Below the pieces are notes generated by a model. That model searched no databases. It worked only from the letters and a program-made list of their open reading frames with translations, and was not told the origin of the DNA. A stretch of 64,000 nt of DNA from Malacoraja senta (lineage: Eukaryota). This document shows positions 25,906 through 38,569 of this stretch, in pieces (positions within the stretch are counted from its first letter, which is position 1; every line of letters begins with the position of its first letter). The position numbers and the translations under genes are program-made. The stretch covers positions 1,800,001 to 1,864,000 of the forward strand of contig CM075993.1 of NCBI GenBank assembly GCA_038087875.1. Reading direction: 5' to 3'.

Positions 25906-28129
25906 GACGTTTCTCCTCACCTCCTTTCTAAAAGAGAAAGAGCGCCCTTTAATTCTGAGTCGATGACCTCTGGTCCTGGACTCTCCCACCAGTGGAAACA
26001 TCCTCCCACATCCACTCTATCTATGCCTTTCATTATTCTGTAAGTTTCAATGAGGGTCCCCCTCAACCTTCTACACTCCAGTCAGTACAGGCCCAGTGCT
26101 GTCAAACGCTCATCATATGCTAACCCACTCATCCCACTGTGTGAGGTAGTTGCGTCAGATCAGAAATTTAAATTCAGTGATTCAAATTCCAAGGGGGGTG
26201 GCACGGTGGCACAGAAGTAGAGCCGACGCCTTGCAGTGCCAGAGACCCGGGTTCGATCCTGACTGTGGGTGCTGTCTGTACGGAGTTTGCACGTTCTTGT
26301 GGCAGTGGGCAAGTTGAGCCTACAGGCCTGTTTCCGTACTGTGTGACTCTAAGAACAGGACATACACTGGTCCACAGAAGAGATGGACATATCCCATCGG
26401 GAAGGTTTGTATGCCATCTTGTTGGAAAAGCCGCAATATTTTGATTGCTTCCCTGAAAATACCGTTTGTTGTTTTCTTCAAAAGAGATAAATAGATAGCG
26501 ACAGCTTTCCTCCCGCGTGTTACAGTGAATACCCATCTGTTCGAAGAATATTGTGTTCTTACAATCAGCAAACAAAACAAAAAAGCAAAGGATTGTTATA
26601 TTTGGAACAGTGTGAAACAGGCCCTTCGGCCCACCGGGTCCACGCCGACCAGCGATCGGCCATACACTATTTCTTTAGTCAGAGGGTGGTGAATCTGTGG
26701 AATTCTCCCACGGCCGTTTCGTGTGGGCAGTTTCGTTTAATACCCAACAGATTGATGTCCCCCAGCCTTCCTAGTCAGAGAGAGGGATGTGACAGCAAAT
26801 CGCAGGGAATAGAGGGATATAGATTGCAATACCGTGTGGAAACAAGCCCTTCGGCCCAACTTGCCCACACCGGCCAACCTGGAGGAGCAGTCCCTCATAT
26901 TCCGCTTGGGCAGTCTGCACCCTAGCGGCATAAACATTGACTTCTCCAATTTCCGGTTGCCCTTGCGTTCGTCTCCTGCCCTTCTCAGCTCTCCCACAGC
27001 CCTCTGGCTCCTCTTCCTTACTCCTTTCTTCTCCCCCCCACCCCACATCAGTCTGAAGAAGGGCTTCGTCCCGAAACGTTGCCTATTTCCTTCGCTCCAT
27101 AGATGTTGCTGCACCCGCTGAGTTTCTCCAGCACTTTTGTCTACCTGTCCCCAGCTACACCAGTCCCACCTATCCCTCCAAACCTGTCCTATCAATGTAC
27201 CCGTCTAACTGTTTCTTCAACGTTGGGATAGTCCCAGCCTCTGGCAGCTCGTTCCGTACACCCAAAACCCTTTGTGTTATGGATGGTGTAGAGGCTGATG
27301 AGATCACTGTTACGTGGCATCATGTTCGACACAGCACTAAATGCGCTTGTACCGATTGCTCATGCCCTGTCATTTCTGCATTAAATTGTCAAACACTCAC
27401 AGGGCGATGGCAGCGAGATCTGTCCTCAGCTTTGGAGACAAACAAGAGCATCTGGCCCGATGTTTCATTAACAGCCCTTCCTCTTATTGTGTTCAATCGA
27501 CTCATTAACACTGCTGGGAGGAAGCGATTTTACTGAAAGTTTTTTTTCATTATCTGCATCTTCCCAAGGGAGGGAGCGATTGCAATGTCGCCTTTGGTAG
27601 TTCCTGTCGGTGTGGCTGTTGTGTTCCACAGCTGGTTAGACAGACACAAAAAGCCGGAGTAACTCAGTGGGACAGGCAGCATCTCCGGAGAGAAGGAACG
27701 GGTGACGTTTCGGGTCGAGACTTTTCTCAGATCATCCCAGAATCGGCAGCAACACGATGTACAACTACGGAAGAGACAACATCCTCGCTGGGAATGTGCA
27801 AAGTGGACATGATAACTCAGACCTAAAGCTGTCTCGCTTTCGTCTCGTATTTCACTCGGGCAGTTTACAACCAAGCAGTAAGAACATTGATTTATCTAAC
27901 TGAGAGGGTGGTGAATCTGTGGAATTCTTAGCCACAGAAGGCTGAGAAGGCCAAGTCAGCGGATATTTTTAAGGCAGAGATAGATAGATTGTTGAATTAG
28001 TACGGGTGTCAGGGGTTATGGGGAGAAGGCAGGAGAATGGGGTTAGGAGGGAGAGATAGATCAGGCCATGATTGAATGGCAGAGTAGACTTGATGGGCCG
28101 AATGGCCTAATTCTACTCCTATCACTTAT

Positions 28130-28706
28130 GATAGACAATAGGTGCAGGAGTAGGCCATTCGGCCCCTTCGAGCCAGCACCGCCATTCAATGTGATCATGG
28201 CTGATCATCCCCAATCAGTACCCCGTTCCTGCTTCTCCCCATATCCCCTGACTCCGCTATTCTAAGAGCCCTATCTAGCTCTCCTTGAAAGCATCAAGAG
28301 AACCTGCCTCCCCCGCCCTCTGAGGCAGAGAATTCCACAGACTCACCACTCTCTGTGAGAAAACGTGTTTCCACATCTCCGTTCTAAATGGCTTACTCCT
28401 TATTCTTAAACTGTGGCCCCTGGTTCTGGATTCCCCCAACATCGGGAACATGTTTCCTGCCTCTAGCGTGTCCAAACCCTTAAACAATCTTATATGTTTC
28501 AATGAGATGCCCTCTCATCTTCTAAACTCCAGAGTGTACAAGCCCAGCTGCTGCATTCTCTCAGCATATGACTTCCCGCCATCCCGGGAATTAACCTTGT
28601 AAACCTACGCTGCACTCCCTCAATAGCAAGAATGTCTTCCTCAAATTAGGGACCAAAACTGCACACAATACTCCAGGTGTGGTCTCACTAGGGCTCTGTA
28701 CAACTG
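28130..28706 (-). mobile_element. CR1 LINE 3' fragment
   Basis: ORF2 C-terminus plus 3' UTR. Confidence 0.85.
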
Positions 28707-29849
28707 CATGATCTTGTTAACTTCAAGTAACCCTTGCATCCCCTCTCTCTCTCCGTCCCTCCCCACCCAAGTCATTGTACTCGTTTCAAAGTCGTCGTGT
28801 TGAGTCTCATTGTCTGTAACTCATTTTCACCTAGCTCACAGCTCACCAGCTTCCTTTACCATCGTTACTTTTTTGGATATCTTCATTCATTTGTTCTATA
28901 TCTCTCTAACATCACCGTCTATATCTCTCCTTTCCCTTTCCCCTGACTCTCAGTCTGAAGAAAGGGTCTCGACCCGAAACGTCATCCAAGATAGACACAA
29001 AATGGCTGGAGTAACTCAGCGGGTCAGGCAGCATCTCTGGGGAGAAGGAATGGGTGACGTTTTGGTGACCCGAAACGTCACCCATTCCTTCTCTCCAGAG
29101 ATGCTGCCTGACCCACTGAGTTACTCCAGCTTTTTGTGTCTATAACTAAAGATATCTTCTGCCAGATACAATGTGGTGTCTGGGGGACACCATATGTTAA
29201 TGGGTGAAAGCAAACACAAATGAAAAGATTGCTCGAACAAGGAAAGAGGTCACTTTGTCCCCCAAGCCCACATCCATTGCAGTCCACAAACCTGTTACAT
29301 TTTTATCCCCCACATTTTTTCTCAAGTACTTGAAAGTGATGGTAGTGGAATGACAACCCCAAATCAGTGAGCTTGAACTGCCTTTGAAACAAGCTGCAAA
29401 AAACATCAAAGCTGCAAATCATACCATGCATAATAGCAAGAGACTTTCCAATATTCGTGAATTAAAATCCAGTCAAGTTTGTTTTGTGGCTAAATGTTTA
29501 AAAAGGAACTACAGATGCTGGAAAATCGAAGGTAGACAAAAGTGCTGGAGAAACTCAGCGGGTGCAGCAGCATCTATGGAGCGAAGGAAATAGGCAACGT
29601 TTCGGGCCGAAACCCTCTTCAGACTGAAGTTTGTGGCATTTAGTTTAGTTTAGAGATACAGCACGGAAACAGGGCCCTGGGCTGACGTGTCCACGCTGAC
29701 CAGCGATCACCCGTCCCACTAGTTCAAAGGTAGACAAAATGCTGGAGAAACTCAGCGGGTGAGGCAGCATCTATGGAGCGAAGGAAAAGGTGACGTTCCG
29801 GGTCGAGACCCTTCTTCAGACTGAAGAAGGGTCTGGAACCCAAAACGCC

Positions 29850-30097
29850 ACTATCCAAGTTCTCCACAGATGCTGCCTGACCCGCTGAGTTACTCCAGCC
29901 CTCTCTGAAATTTCACCTATCCATTTCTCCAGAGTTGCTGCCTGACCCGCTGAGTTACTCCAGCCACTCTGTGAAACGTCACCTATCCATGTTCTCCACA
30001 GATGCTGCCTGACCCGCTGAGTTACTCCAGCACTCTGTGAAACGGTCACCTATCCATGTTCTCCAGAGTTGCTGCCTGACCCGCTGAGTTACTCCAA
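29850..30097 (+). repeat. Tandem array of about four 61-62 bp Penelope-derived terminal units
   Basis: Repeated cacctatccatgttctccacagatgctgcctgacccgctgagttactccagcactctgtgaaacgt; a similar array lies on the opposite strand at about 56385-56795. Confidence 0.85.
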
Positions 30098-32068
30098 CAC
30101 TATACCTATAACAATACCAATCCAAACTTGGATAGGGCCGGTTTGGAGGGATATGGACCAAACCCAGCAGGTGGGACTACTGCAGCTGGGACATGATGGC
30201 CGGTGTGGGCAGTTGAGCCGATGGGCCTATTTCCACACTGTATCACTCTATGACTGTGACACTCCTGTGGAGTCTTCTCTTTGGGCAGTCCCTCAGTAGT
30301 GATGGTGACCTGTTTCCTCTCTGGTTTTGTGGGTTCTGAGGTGGCGGATGAGGCCTGTGTGGAAGTGAAGGTTGTGAATGGACCAGACTGTCATTACTGG
30401 CCAGCCTTGATGTTACAACAGAACACAACAATAGTCCAACGCGTTTCAGTAAGATTACCCCTTGTTCTTCAAAACTCCAGAGACTACTTTCCAAACATTT
30501 TGTTTAGCTGTTCACAGCATGACAACATTTATAATCATAGAACGTGCCTCCTCTGGCACCAAAATATGGAGACTCGTGCATTTTAGTTAAGGTTTAGTGA
30601 TGCAGCGTGCGAACAGGCCCTCAGCCCACCGACCGACCAGCGATCCCCGCACAGAAACACTATCCTACACACATTAGGGACAATTTACAATTATACAAAG
30701 CCAATTTACCTACAAACCTGCACGCATTTAGTGTGGGAGGAAACCGGAGCACCCGGAGAAAACCCACGCAGGTCACGGGGAGAACGTGCAAACTCCGTAC
30801 AGAGAGCACCCGTGATCTGGATTTAATGCGGGTCTCTGGCGCAGTGAGGAAGCAACTCTGCCGCTGAGAGGACAGATTAACAGTGCCGCACCCGCCAGGT
30901 ACTACACTGTTTGTGTTCAAGCCCTTGTATTAACTTATAAGTGAGAAGAGCTCTTCACTGGGCCACAGCCGCTAATGAAAGCATCTTTGAGCTGTAATTA
31001 CTATCACAGAGCCTGCTTTTTTCTTGCATTGACCCTGTGCTGCGGTAATGTCTGGTCATCTCATTATCTCCTGGTAATTGAATTTAGACACAGCATCTCA
31101 GAACATCCAAAGTACATCACAAGCAGGGAGACAAACTTCTGAACTATGGATAGTGTTACTCTAAATTTAAAAATCATGGTGTGATTTTTAATATGACAAG
31201 AACTCACAAACTCTATGAGTATATGAACTTGTTTTCACTGGTTAACTGTGGGTAATATTGACCAGAATGTCTGAAGAAGGGTCTCGACCCAAAACGTCAC
31301 CCATTTCCTTCTCTCCAGAGAGGCTGCCTGTCCCACTGAGTTACTCCAGCATTTGAGTCCACCCTATTGACCAGAAGATAACTTTGGTCGTCTGTGATTT
31401 TCATGGTTTGAGAGGACTGAGGCAGGTAGTAATAGATAGACCGATAGTTGGAGAGACATGGAGATAGATATGGAGAGATTGATATGGATAGAGAAATAGA
31501 TATAGGTAGACTGAGAAGTTTACAGGTTACAGTTTAGTTTATTGTCACGTGTACCGAGGTACAGTGAATAACTTTTGTTGCGTGCTTTCCAGTTAGCAGA
31601 AAGGCTATACATGATTACAATCGATCCATTTACAGTGTACAGATTACATGATAAGGGAATAACATTTAGTGCAAGGTAAAGCCAGCAAAGTCCGATCAAG
31701 GATAGTCCGAGGGTCACCAATGACGTTGATAGGAGATAGATAGATTATTTGGATTGATAGGGAGAGACATGGATTGCTAGATATTTAGTTTAGTTTGGAG
31801 AAACAGTGTGGAAACAGGCCCTTCGGCCCACCGAGTCCGCACCAACCAGCGATCCCCGCACATTAACACAATCCTACACACACTGGGGACAATTTACACA
31901 TACACCAAGCCAATTAACCAACAACCCTTACGTCTTTGGAGAGTGGGAGGAAACTGAAGTTCTTGGAGAAAACCCACGGGGTCACGGGGAGATTCATGTG
32001 GACAGTTTCGGTTTGATTGGGTCTGCTTGGACATCCATGTTTAACAAGGGTTATTTGTTTAATTGCAG

Positions 32069-32101
32069 AAGATGGTGTGGGAGATACGGAAGCAAGGACA
32101 G
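32069..32101 (+). CDS. CD276: CD276 cytoplasmic-tail micro-exon (33 nt, phase 1-1)
   Basis: ttatttgtttaattgcAG|AA GAT GGT GTG GGA GAT ACG GAA GCA AGG ACA G|GTatgt encodes (E)DGVGDTEART(A), resembling the mammalian tail segment EDQDGEGEGSKT(A). Splice sites are canonical and the phase fits the next exon. Confidence 0.8.
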
Positions 32102-33543
32102 GTATGTCTGCAAGTAATCGCAGTTATGTCGTGTGTGCCACATGTCACAGAGCCAGAGCTTCAGTCACAGACTTATACAGCATCAAAACAGGCCCTTCGG
32201 CCCATCGAGTCCATTCTGACCATCAAGCATCCATGACACCAATTCTATAATAAGGTCATGTGACAGTAGTAGAAATAGGCCATTTACGCCATTCCATCAT
32301 GGCTGATCTATCTCTCCCTCCTAACCCCATTCTCCTGCCTTCTCCCCATAACCTCTGACACTCGCACAAATCAATAATCTATCCATCTCTGCCTTAAAAA
32401 TATCCACTGACTTGGCCTCCACAGCCTTCTGTGGGAAAGAATTCCACAGATTCACCACACTCTGTCTAAAGAAATTTCTCCTCGTCTCCTTCCTAAAAGG
32501 AGATACTGAGGCTGTGCCCTCTAGTCCTAGACTCTCCCACTGTGGAAACATCCTCCCCACATCCACTGTATCCAAGCCTTTCACTATTCTGTTCAAGAAG
32601 GAACTGCAAGATGCTGGAGAATCGAAGGTAGACAAAATTGCTGGAGAAACTCAGCTGGTGCAGCAGCATCTATGGAGCGAAGGAAATAGGCAACGTTCGG
32701 GCCGAAACCCTTCTTCTATGGAGCGAAGGAAATAGGCAACGTTTCGGGCCGAAACCCTTCTTCTATGAGCGAAGGAAATAGGCAACGTTTCGGGCCGAAA
32801 CCCTCCTTCTATGGAGCGAAGGAAATACCATGTGGAAACAAGCCCTTCGGCCCAACTTGCCCACACCGGCCAACCTGGAGGAGCAGCACCTCATATTCCG
32901 CTTGGGCAGTCTGCACCCTAGCGGCATAAACATTGACTTCTCCAATTTCCAGTAGCCCTTGCTGTCGTCTCCTGCCCTTCTCAGCTCTCCCTCAACCCTC
33001 GGGCTCCTCTTCCTTACTCCTTTCTTCTCCCCCCCACCCCACATCAGTCTGAAGAAGGGTTTCGTCCCGAAACGTTGCCTATTTCCTTCGCTCCATAGAT
33101 GCTGCCGCATCCGCTGAGTTTCTCCAGCAATTTTGTCTACCTTTCGCTATCGTGTATGCTCCCCCTCATTCTTTTAAACTCCAGCGAGTACAGGCCCAGT
33201 GCCAACAAACGCTCATCATATGCTAACCCACTCATTCCTGGAATCATTCCTGTAAACCTCCTCTGGACCCTCTCCAGAGCCAGCACATCCTTCCTCAGAT
33301 ACGGTGCCCAAAATTGCTCACAACATCCCAAATGCGGCCTCACCAGCTGAAAGAGCCACAGCATTACATCCCTGTTTTTGTATACAAGCCCTCTTGAAAT
33401 AAATGCTGGCAATGAGTTGGCTTTATTCCACCATCTGCAGCCTCCGGTTACCTCCAGCTATCATGTCCCTGCCTCTGGCGTTTTCTCCACCCCTCTCCAC
33501 TATTCACCCCTCCTCAACTATTCCATCCACCCTTTAGTTTAGT

Positions 33544-33597
33544 GTGGTGGGAGATTGCAACCTTCACGTGCTCCGCCCTGTTTCGACTAATGCAATC
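33544..33597 (+). ncRNA. Minimal HDV/CPEB3-like self-cleaving ribozyme motif
   Basis: P1 GTGGTGG/CCGCCCT, P2 GATTGCA/TGCAATC, P3 ACC/GCT, L3 TTCACGT, GT, minimal P4 TTCGA, J4/2 CTAA with the putative catalytic C at 33587. Confidence 0.72.
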
Positions 33598-33659
33598 ATT
33601 CCGGCGTGCACAGTCAAATAGGACAACTTTAGGCTGTGCACGCCACACACAAGAAGAAG
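33544..33659 (+). mobile_element. Short non-autonomous retroposon: 5' HDV-like ribozyme fold, 3' hairpin and (AAG)n tail, copy 1
   Basis: 11-bp TSD TTTAGTTTAGT at 33533-33543 and 33660-33670; ends aagaagaag; second copy at 58138-58281 on the - strand. Confidence 0.8.
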
Positions 33660-35608
33660 TTTAGTTTAGTTTATAAAATATATAATTAAAACCTATAAAA
33701 GTATAAAAGGACTGGACAAGCTAAGATGCAGGAAAAATGTTCCCAATGTTGGGCTCCAGAACCAGGGGCCACAGTCTTAGAATAAAGGGGAGGTCATTTA
33801 AGACTGAGGTGAGAAAAAACGTTTTCACCCAGAGAGTTGTGAATTTGTGGAATTCCCTGCCACAGAGGGAGGTGGAGGCCAAATCACTGGGTGGGTTTAA
33901 GAGAGAGTTAGAGAGAGCTCTAGGGGCTAGTGGAGTCAAGGGATATGGGGAGAAGGCAGGCATGGGTTATTGATAGGGGAAGATCAGCCATGATCACAAT
34001 GAATGGCGGTGCTGGCTCGAAGGGCCGAATGTCCTCCTCCTGCACCTATTTTCTATGCTTATAGTTTAGAGATACAGCGTGGAAACAGGCCCTTCGGCCC
34101 ACTGAGTGCATGCCAACCATCGATCACCCGTTTGCACTAGTTCTATCTTATCCCATTTTCTCATCCCCTCCCTGCACACTGGGGCCAATTAACCGACCAT
34201 CCAAGATGTATTTGTAATATTTCTGAAACGTTGGGATAGTCCCAGCCTCAACTACCTCCTCCGGCATCTCGTTCCATACACCCACAAACCCTCTGTGTGG
34301 AAAAAGTCACCCCTCAAATTCCTATTAAATCTTTCCCCCCTTCACCTTAAACCTATGTCCTCTGGTCCTCGATTCACCTACTTTGGGTCCAATCTTTGCT
34401 ATTTATAGCCCTCCTAAAATCTGGCATTTTATCCCGTATTAACAGAGTGCTGATATATGTGCATTTTTCTGGATTTTAAATATGATGCCATATTGAAGAT
34501 TGACAGTGGAGATTACTGGAGAGAGTGTTTGCTTGGCACTTGTCATCAGCTGTAATCATCAATTGTTCATTACCTCACACCAGTGTTTCTCATTAAATAT
34601 TTATCCTGTCTGCCACATTTTGTGATTTAGGAGCTGGGGAGCTAATGTGCTGTACTGTAGATGAAAGTGTAAGCTTCTTGTTAGGAGAAATGTGACAGCA
34701 ATTGGCTCCAAAGGTCACAGCCGCTCAACGATGCACACTGGTTAGCGGGTGACAACTTGCTACGGGCGCTGACAAATGGTCTCAGTTTAGAGACACAGCG
34801 CGGAAACGGGCCCCTTCGGCCCTCCGCGTCCGCGCCGACCAGCGATCCCCGCATATCAACGCGATCCCACACACACTAGGGACAATTTACAGTAGACAGA
34901 AAATGCAGGAGAAACTCAGCGGGTGAGGCAGCATCTATGGAGGAAAGGAGTAGGTGGCGTTTCGGGTCGAGACCCTTCTTCAGACTGATGTCGGGGCGTC
35001 AAGCCTGTGAATTGGCCTCCACCACCTTCTGTGGCAGAGAATGCCACAAATACACAACTCTCTGCGTGAAATTTTTTTTTTTCACATCTCAGTTTTAAAT
35101 GGCCTCCCCTTTATTCTTAGACTGTGGCCCCTGGTTCTGGACTCCCCCAACATTGGGAACGTTTTTCCTGCATCCATGGCGCCTGTCCAAATGTCTTCTA
35201 TGTGTTATAGTCGCTGCCTTAACTACTGTACCTGCTCCGTCCGGCAGCTCGTTCCGTACAACCACCACCCTGGTGTGTCTCTGTACCGAGAAGATATGAT
35301 TGAATCATCCATTCTAATCAGGGAGGATTACATGCAAGGATCCAGAATGGAATCATTTGATGGAATCACCACGGCATTCAAACCAGAGTAAATGGAGAGC
35401 ACCAGGGTTAATTGGACAAGTCTGTTATGAAAAGCAACAAGTGGCAAATAACATTTTCACCGCCAAGTAATCAGCAGCGAGTTTGAACTCATTTATTTAT
35501 TTGCATTTTGTCCTCTCATTATTCCAACTGGAAAAATCTGACTTAAACCTTTCAAAAGCATCAGAGCAGAATTGAAATTCAGTTCCAGTTAATGGAGCTC
35601 TTTGAAGT

Positions 35609-35738
<130 letters not shown>

Positions 35739-36818
35739 CGGTATAATTTTTATAGATATGTTTTTTTAAGTCCAAAGATTAACTTAAAGCTTATAAGATC
35801 CTTCATATTTACCGGTTGCTACTTTCATTTGCAATGGGCTATGATTGAAGGGAAGAATTCCCAGTGAACTGTGAAGAAATGTTAAGCCAAGCTTATCGTT
35901 AAGTGGAAGGGAGACACAAAAAGCTGGAGTAACTCAGCAGGTGAGGCGGCATCTCTGGGGACAAGGAACGGGTGACGTTTCGGGTCGAGACTCTTCTTCA
36001 TCGTTAAGTGCATTCCATTGGAAAGCTTGTCACGTGTATTAATAGCGGAAATGGTGTTGTGAGTGGTCCCATGTACGTAGAATCGCAGTGCCAGGGCCGA
36101 ACACCAAGATGTCAAGACCATCTTTTGTCTGCCTGCAACTAATCCATATCCCCCCCCCCCCCCCCCCCCCCCTGCATTATGTGTGGGAGGGAACTGCAGA
36201 TGCTGGTTCACACCAAAGATAGACACAAAGTGCTGGAGTAACTCAACGGGTCAGGCAGCTTCTCTGGAGAACATGGACGGGCGATGTTTTGGGTTGGAAC
36301 CCTTCTTCAGATCGAACTTTAGTCCGAAGAAGGATCCCGAACCAAACAGTCACCCGTCCGCCTGTAGGAAGGAACTGCAGATGCTGGTTTACACCGTAGA
36401 TGCATGAAGTACAAATCCACAAAATGCTGGAGTAACTCAGCGGGACAGGCTTGCGACAGACTAAAACATGGATCACTGTCCGGTGCGGACTCAATGGGCC
36501 AAAGGGCCTGTTTCCACACTGTATCGCTGAAATTAAAAACTAAAACTAACACGCCCCCACACGACCTTTAACCTATGACCTCTGGTTGTTGATTCCATCC
36601 CCTGGTTCTGGATTCCTTGTACGGTTAGGTCTTGTTGTCCCAAACTGGCTCAGTAAATTAACCAGGTAAGGAAGGTCTTACTAGACTTCTCTGCTGCTTT
36701 GATGAGTACCAATGTCCGTGCAATGTAATGTCTTCCCAAGATGGTTCCAAGTAGAATTGAGTGGGAAACATGTCGTCCTACTTTTCACTAACTATGCTTA
36801 TTTTTTTGGCCTTTACAG

Positions 36819-36854
36819 CAATGAAACCCTTGGAGAGTGCTGAAGACAAGGAGG
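36819..36854 (+). CDS. CD276: CD276 cytoplasmic-tail micro-exon (36 nt, phase 1-1)
   Basis: Branch point CACTAAC at 36786-36792, T-tract, then ctttacAG|CA ATG AAA CCC TTG GAG AGT GCT GAA GAC AAG GAG G|GTgagt. Encodes (A)MKPLESAEDKE, matching the mammalian ALQPLKHSDSKE exon in length and phase as I recall it. Confidence 0.88.
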
Positions 36855-37513
36855 GTGAGTTTGACTCATCTCCATTCGAAGCTCCGCATGTAATAGGGAT
36901 TCCTTCAGCCTGAACCCATTTTGAACTCTGTCCCAACGTTGGCACCTGCTTGTGATGGCCCACTGGCACAGCGGGTAGAGCTGCTGCCTGACGTCCACTG
37001 GAGGCCTGGGGTCGACCTTGATCTTGTTTGCTGTCTGTGTGGAGTTTGCACGTTCTCCCTGTGACCTCGTGGGTTTTCTCCGGGTGCTCCGGTTTCCACC
37101 CACATCCCGGGTTTTTATGTTAATTGTCCTCTGTAATAATTGCCCCTAGTGTGTAGGGAGTGTTTGGATCAACAGGCCCTTCGGCCCACCGAGTCTGTGC
37201 CTACCAGCGATCCCCGCACACTTACACCATCCTACACACACTAGGGACAACTTACAACTTTATGAAGCCAATTAACCTACAAATCCACACCTCTTTTCCC
37301 TTTCGTTTCCCTTTCCCGTGACTCTCAGTCTGAAGGAGGGCCTCGACCCGAAACGTCACCCATTCCTTCTCTCGAGAGATGCTGCCTGTCCCGCTGAGTT
37401 ACCCCAGCATTTTGTGTCTATTTCATTGTTCTACCTGGGACATATGACAATAAAACGCTCTGGAACCTCCTGAAGCAGCTGTCCCCTGGAGGTCAAGCAG
37501 CAGACAGTTCACC

Positions 37514-38497
37514 ATTAATAATAATAGATTTTATTTAAGGGTGCCTATACAAAAGTCTCAAGGACACCTTACAAAATTTAACAAAGAAACATATAATCAG
37601 AGTAAAATAAGTTATAAAGACATCACCAATACACAAATTAAAGACAGAAATTCGATTAAAAAAGACAACAACAAAATTCAGAAACACAATGTGAAGAGAG
37701 AGCAGCAGCAGCCAAACCGCGCCAGCGTACACTCTCCCTTCCTCCCGCCATCTTGGACATAGACTAACATAGACACTTCACACTACACACAAAATCATCC
37801 CCCCACAATGATTACCACTGTGGGGGAAGGCACAATGTCCAGTCCCCAACCCCAGTTCACCCAAAGTCAGGCCTATTGAGGCCTCCACAGTTGCCTCTAC
37901 GGAGGCCCGATGTTCCTGGCCGTTCTCACCGGGTGTTGTTGCCCCGGCGTCGGGAGAGTCCTCGCAGCGGCTGGGACGGCTGGAACGGCCGGTTTCCTAC
38001 CGGAGTCCGTGGCACCTGAAGCCGACAAGGCCGCGCGGATTTGGAGCTCCGAGGCTCCCGATGTTAGAGTCGGCGGCTGGCCGCTCCGCAGTCCCGCAGC
38101 CCGGAGGTGTTGAGCTCGGCGGTCACAGCTCACCGGAGCTCCAGCGCGTCGATCCAGCGCGGCGACCCTGGCAAGGCATCGCCCGCTCCGTTCCGCGATA
38201 GCGCTCCAGCGCTGTGCCGCCACCGAAGCTGAAGGTGCTGGGCAGTCCCCGTCAGGAAACGGCGCTCCAGGCCCGCTGGTAGGCCACGAGGACGGGTCGA
38301 CGGGGCAGCCCGGAGAAAAAGCTGCCTCACCGACCAGGTAGGGACCTAGAAAATAGTTTCCCCCTTACCCCCCCACATGAAAAGTCAAAGTTCCCCAACA
38401 GACATAGACCAAGAGAACTAAAAACTAAGAAAAAAAAGTGAATTTAACGGACGGCTGCTGGTTAGCAGCCATTCCCCAAGATAGCTCCTCCTCCTCT
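37514..38497 (-). mobile_element. CpG-rich composite non-coding retroposon with an L2-like 3' tail
   Basis: On the - strand: GC-rich body, internal AAGATGGCG motif near 37750, and tail tgtaaggtgtccttgag...taaataaaatctattattatta. Confidence 0.55.
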
Positions 38498-38569
38498 GAT
38501 CACAACCACCTTCCCGTTCACTTGCGTCAACATATAGCAACATATTGAGAGGGTTTTTTTTTGGTGAAC

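Noticed and set aside
25323..26001. Overlapping 100-180 aa GC-rich ORFs
   Set aside because: Stop-codon scarcity in a GC-rich repeat; no recognisable domain.
29850..30097. CRISPR-like regularly spaced repeats
   Set aside because: No unique spacers and no cas genes in a eukaryotic context; the units are Penelope terminal repeats.
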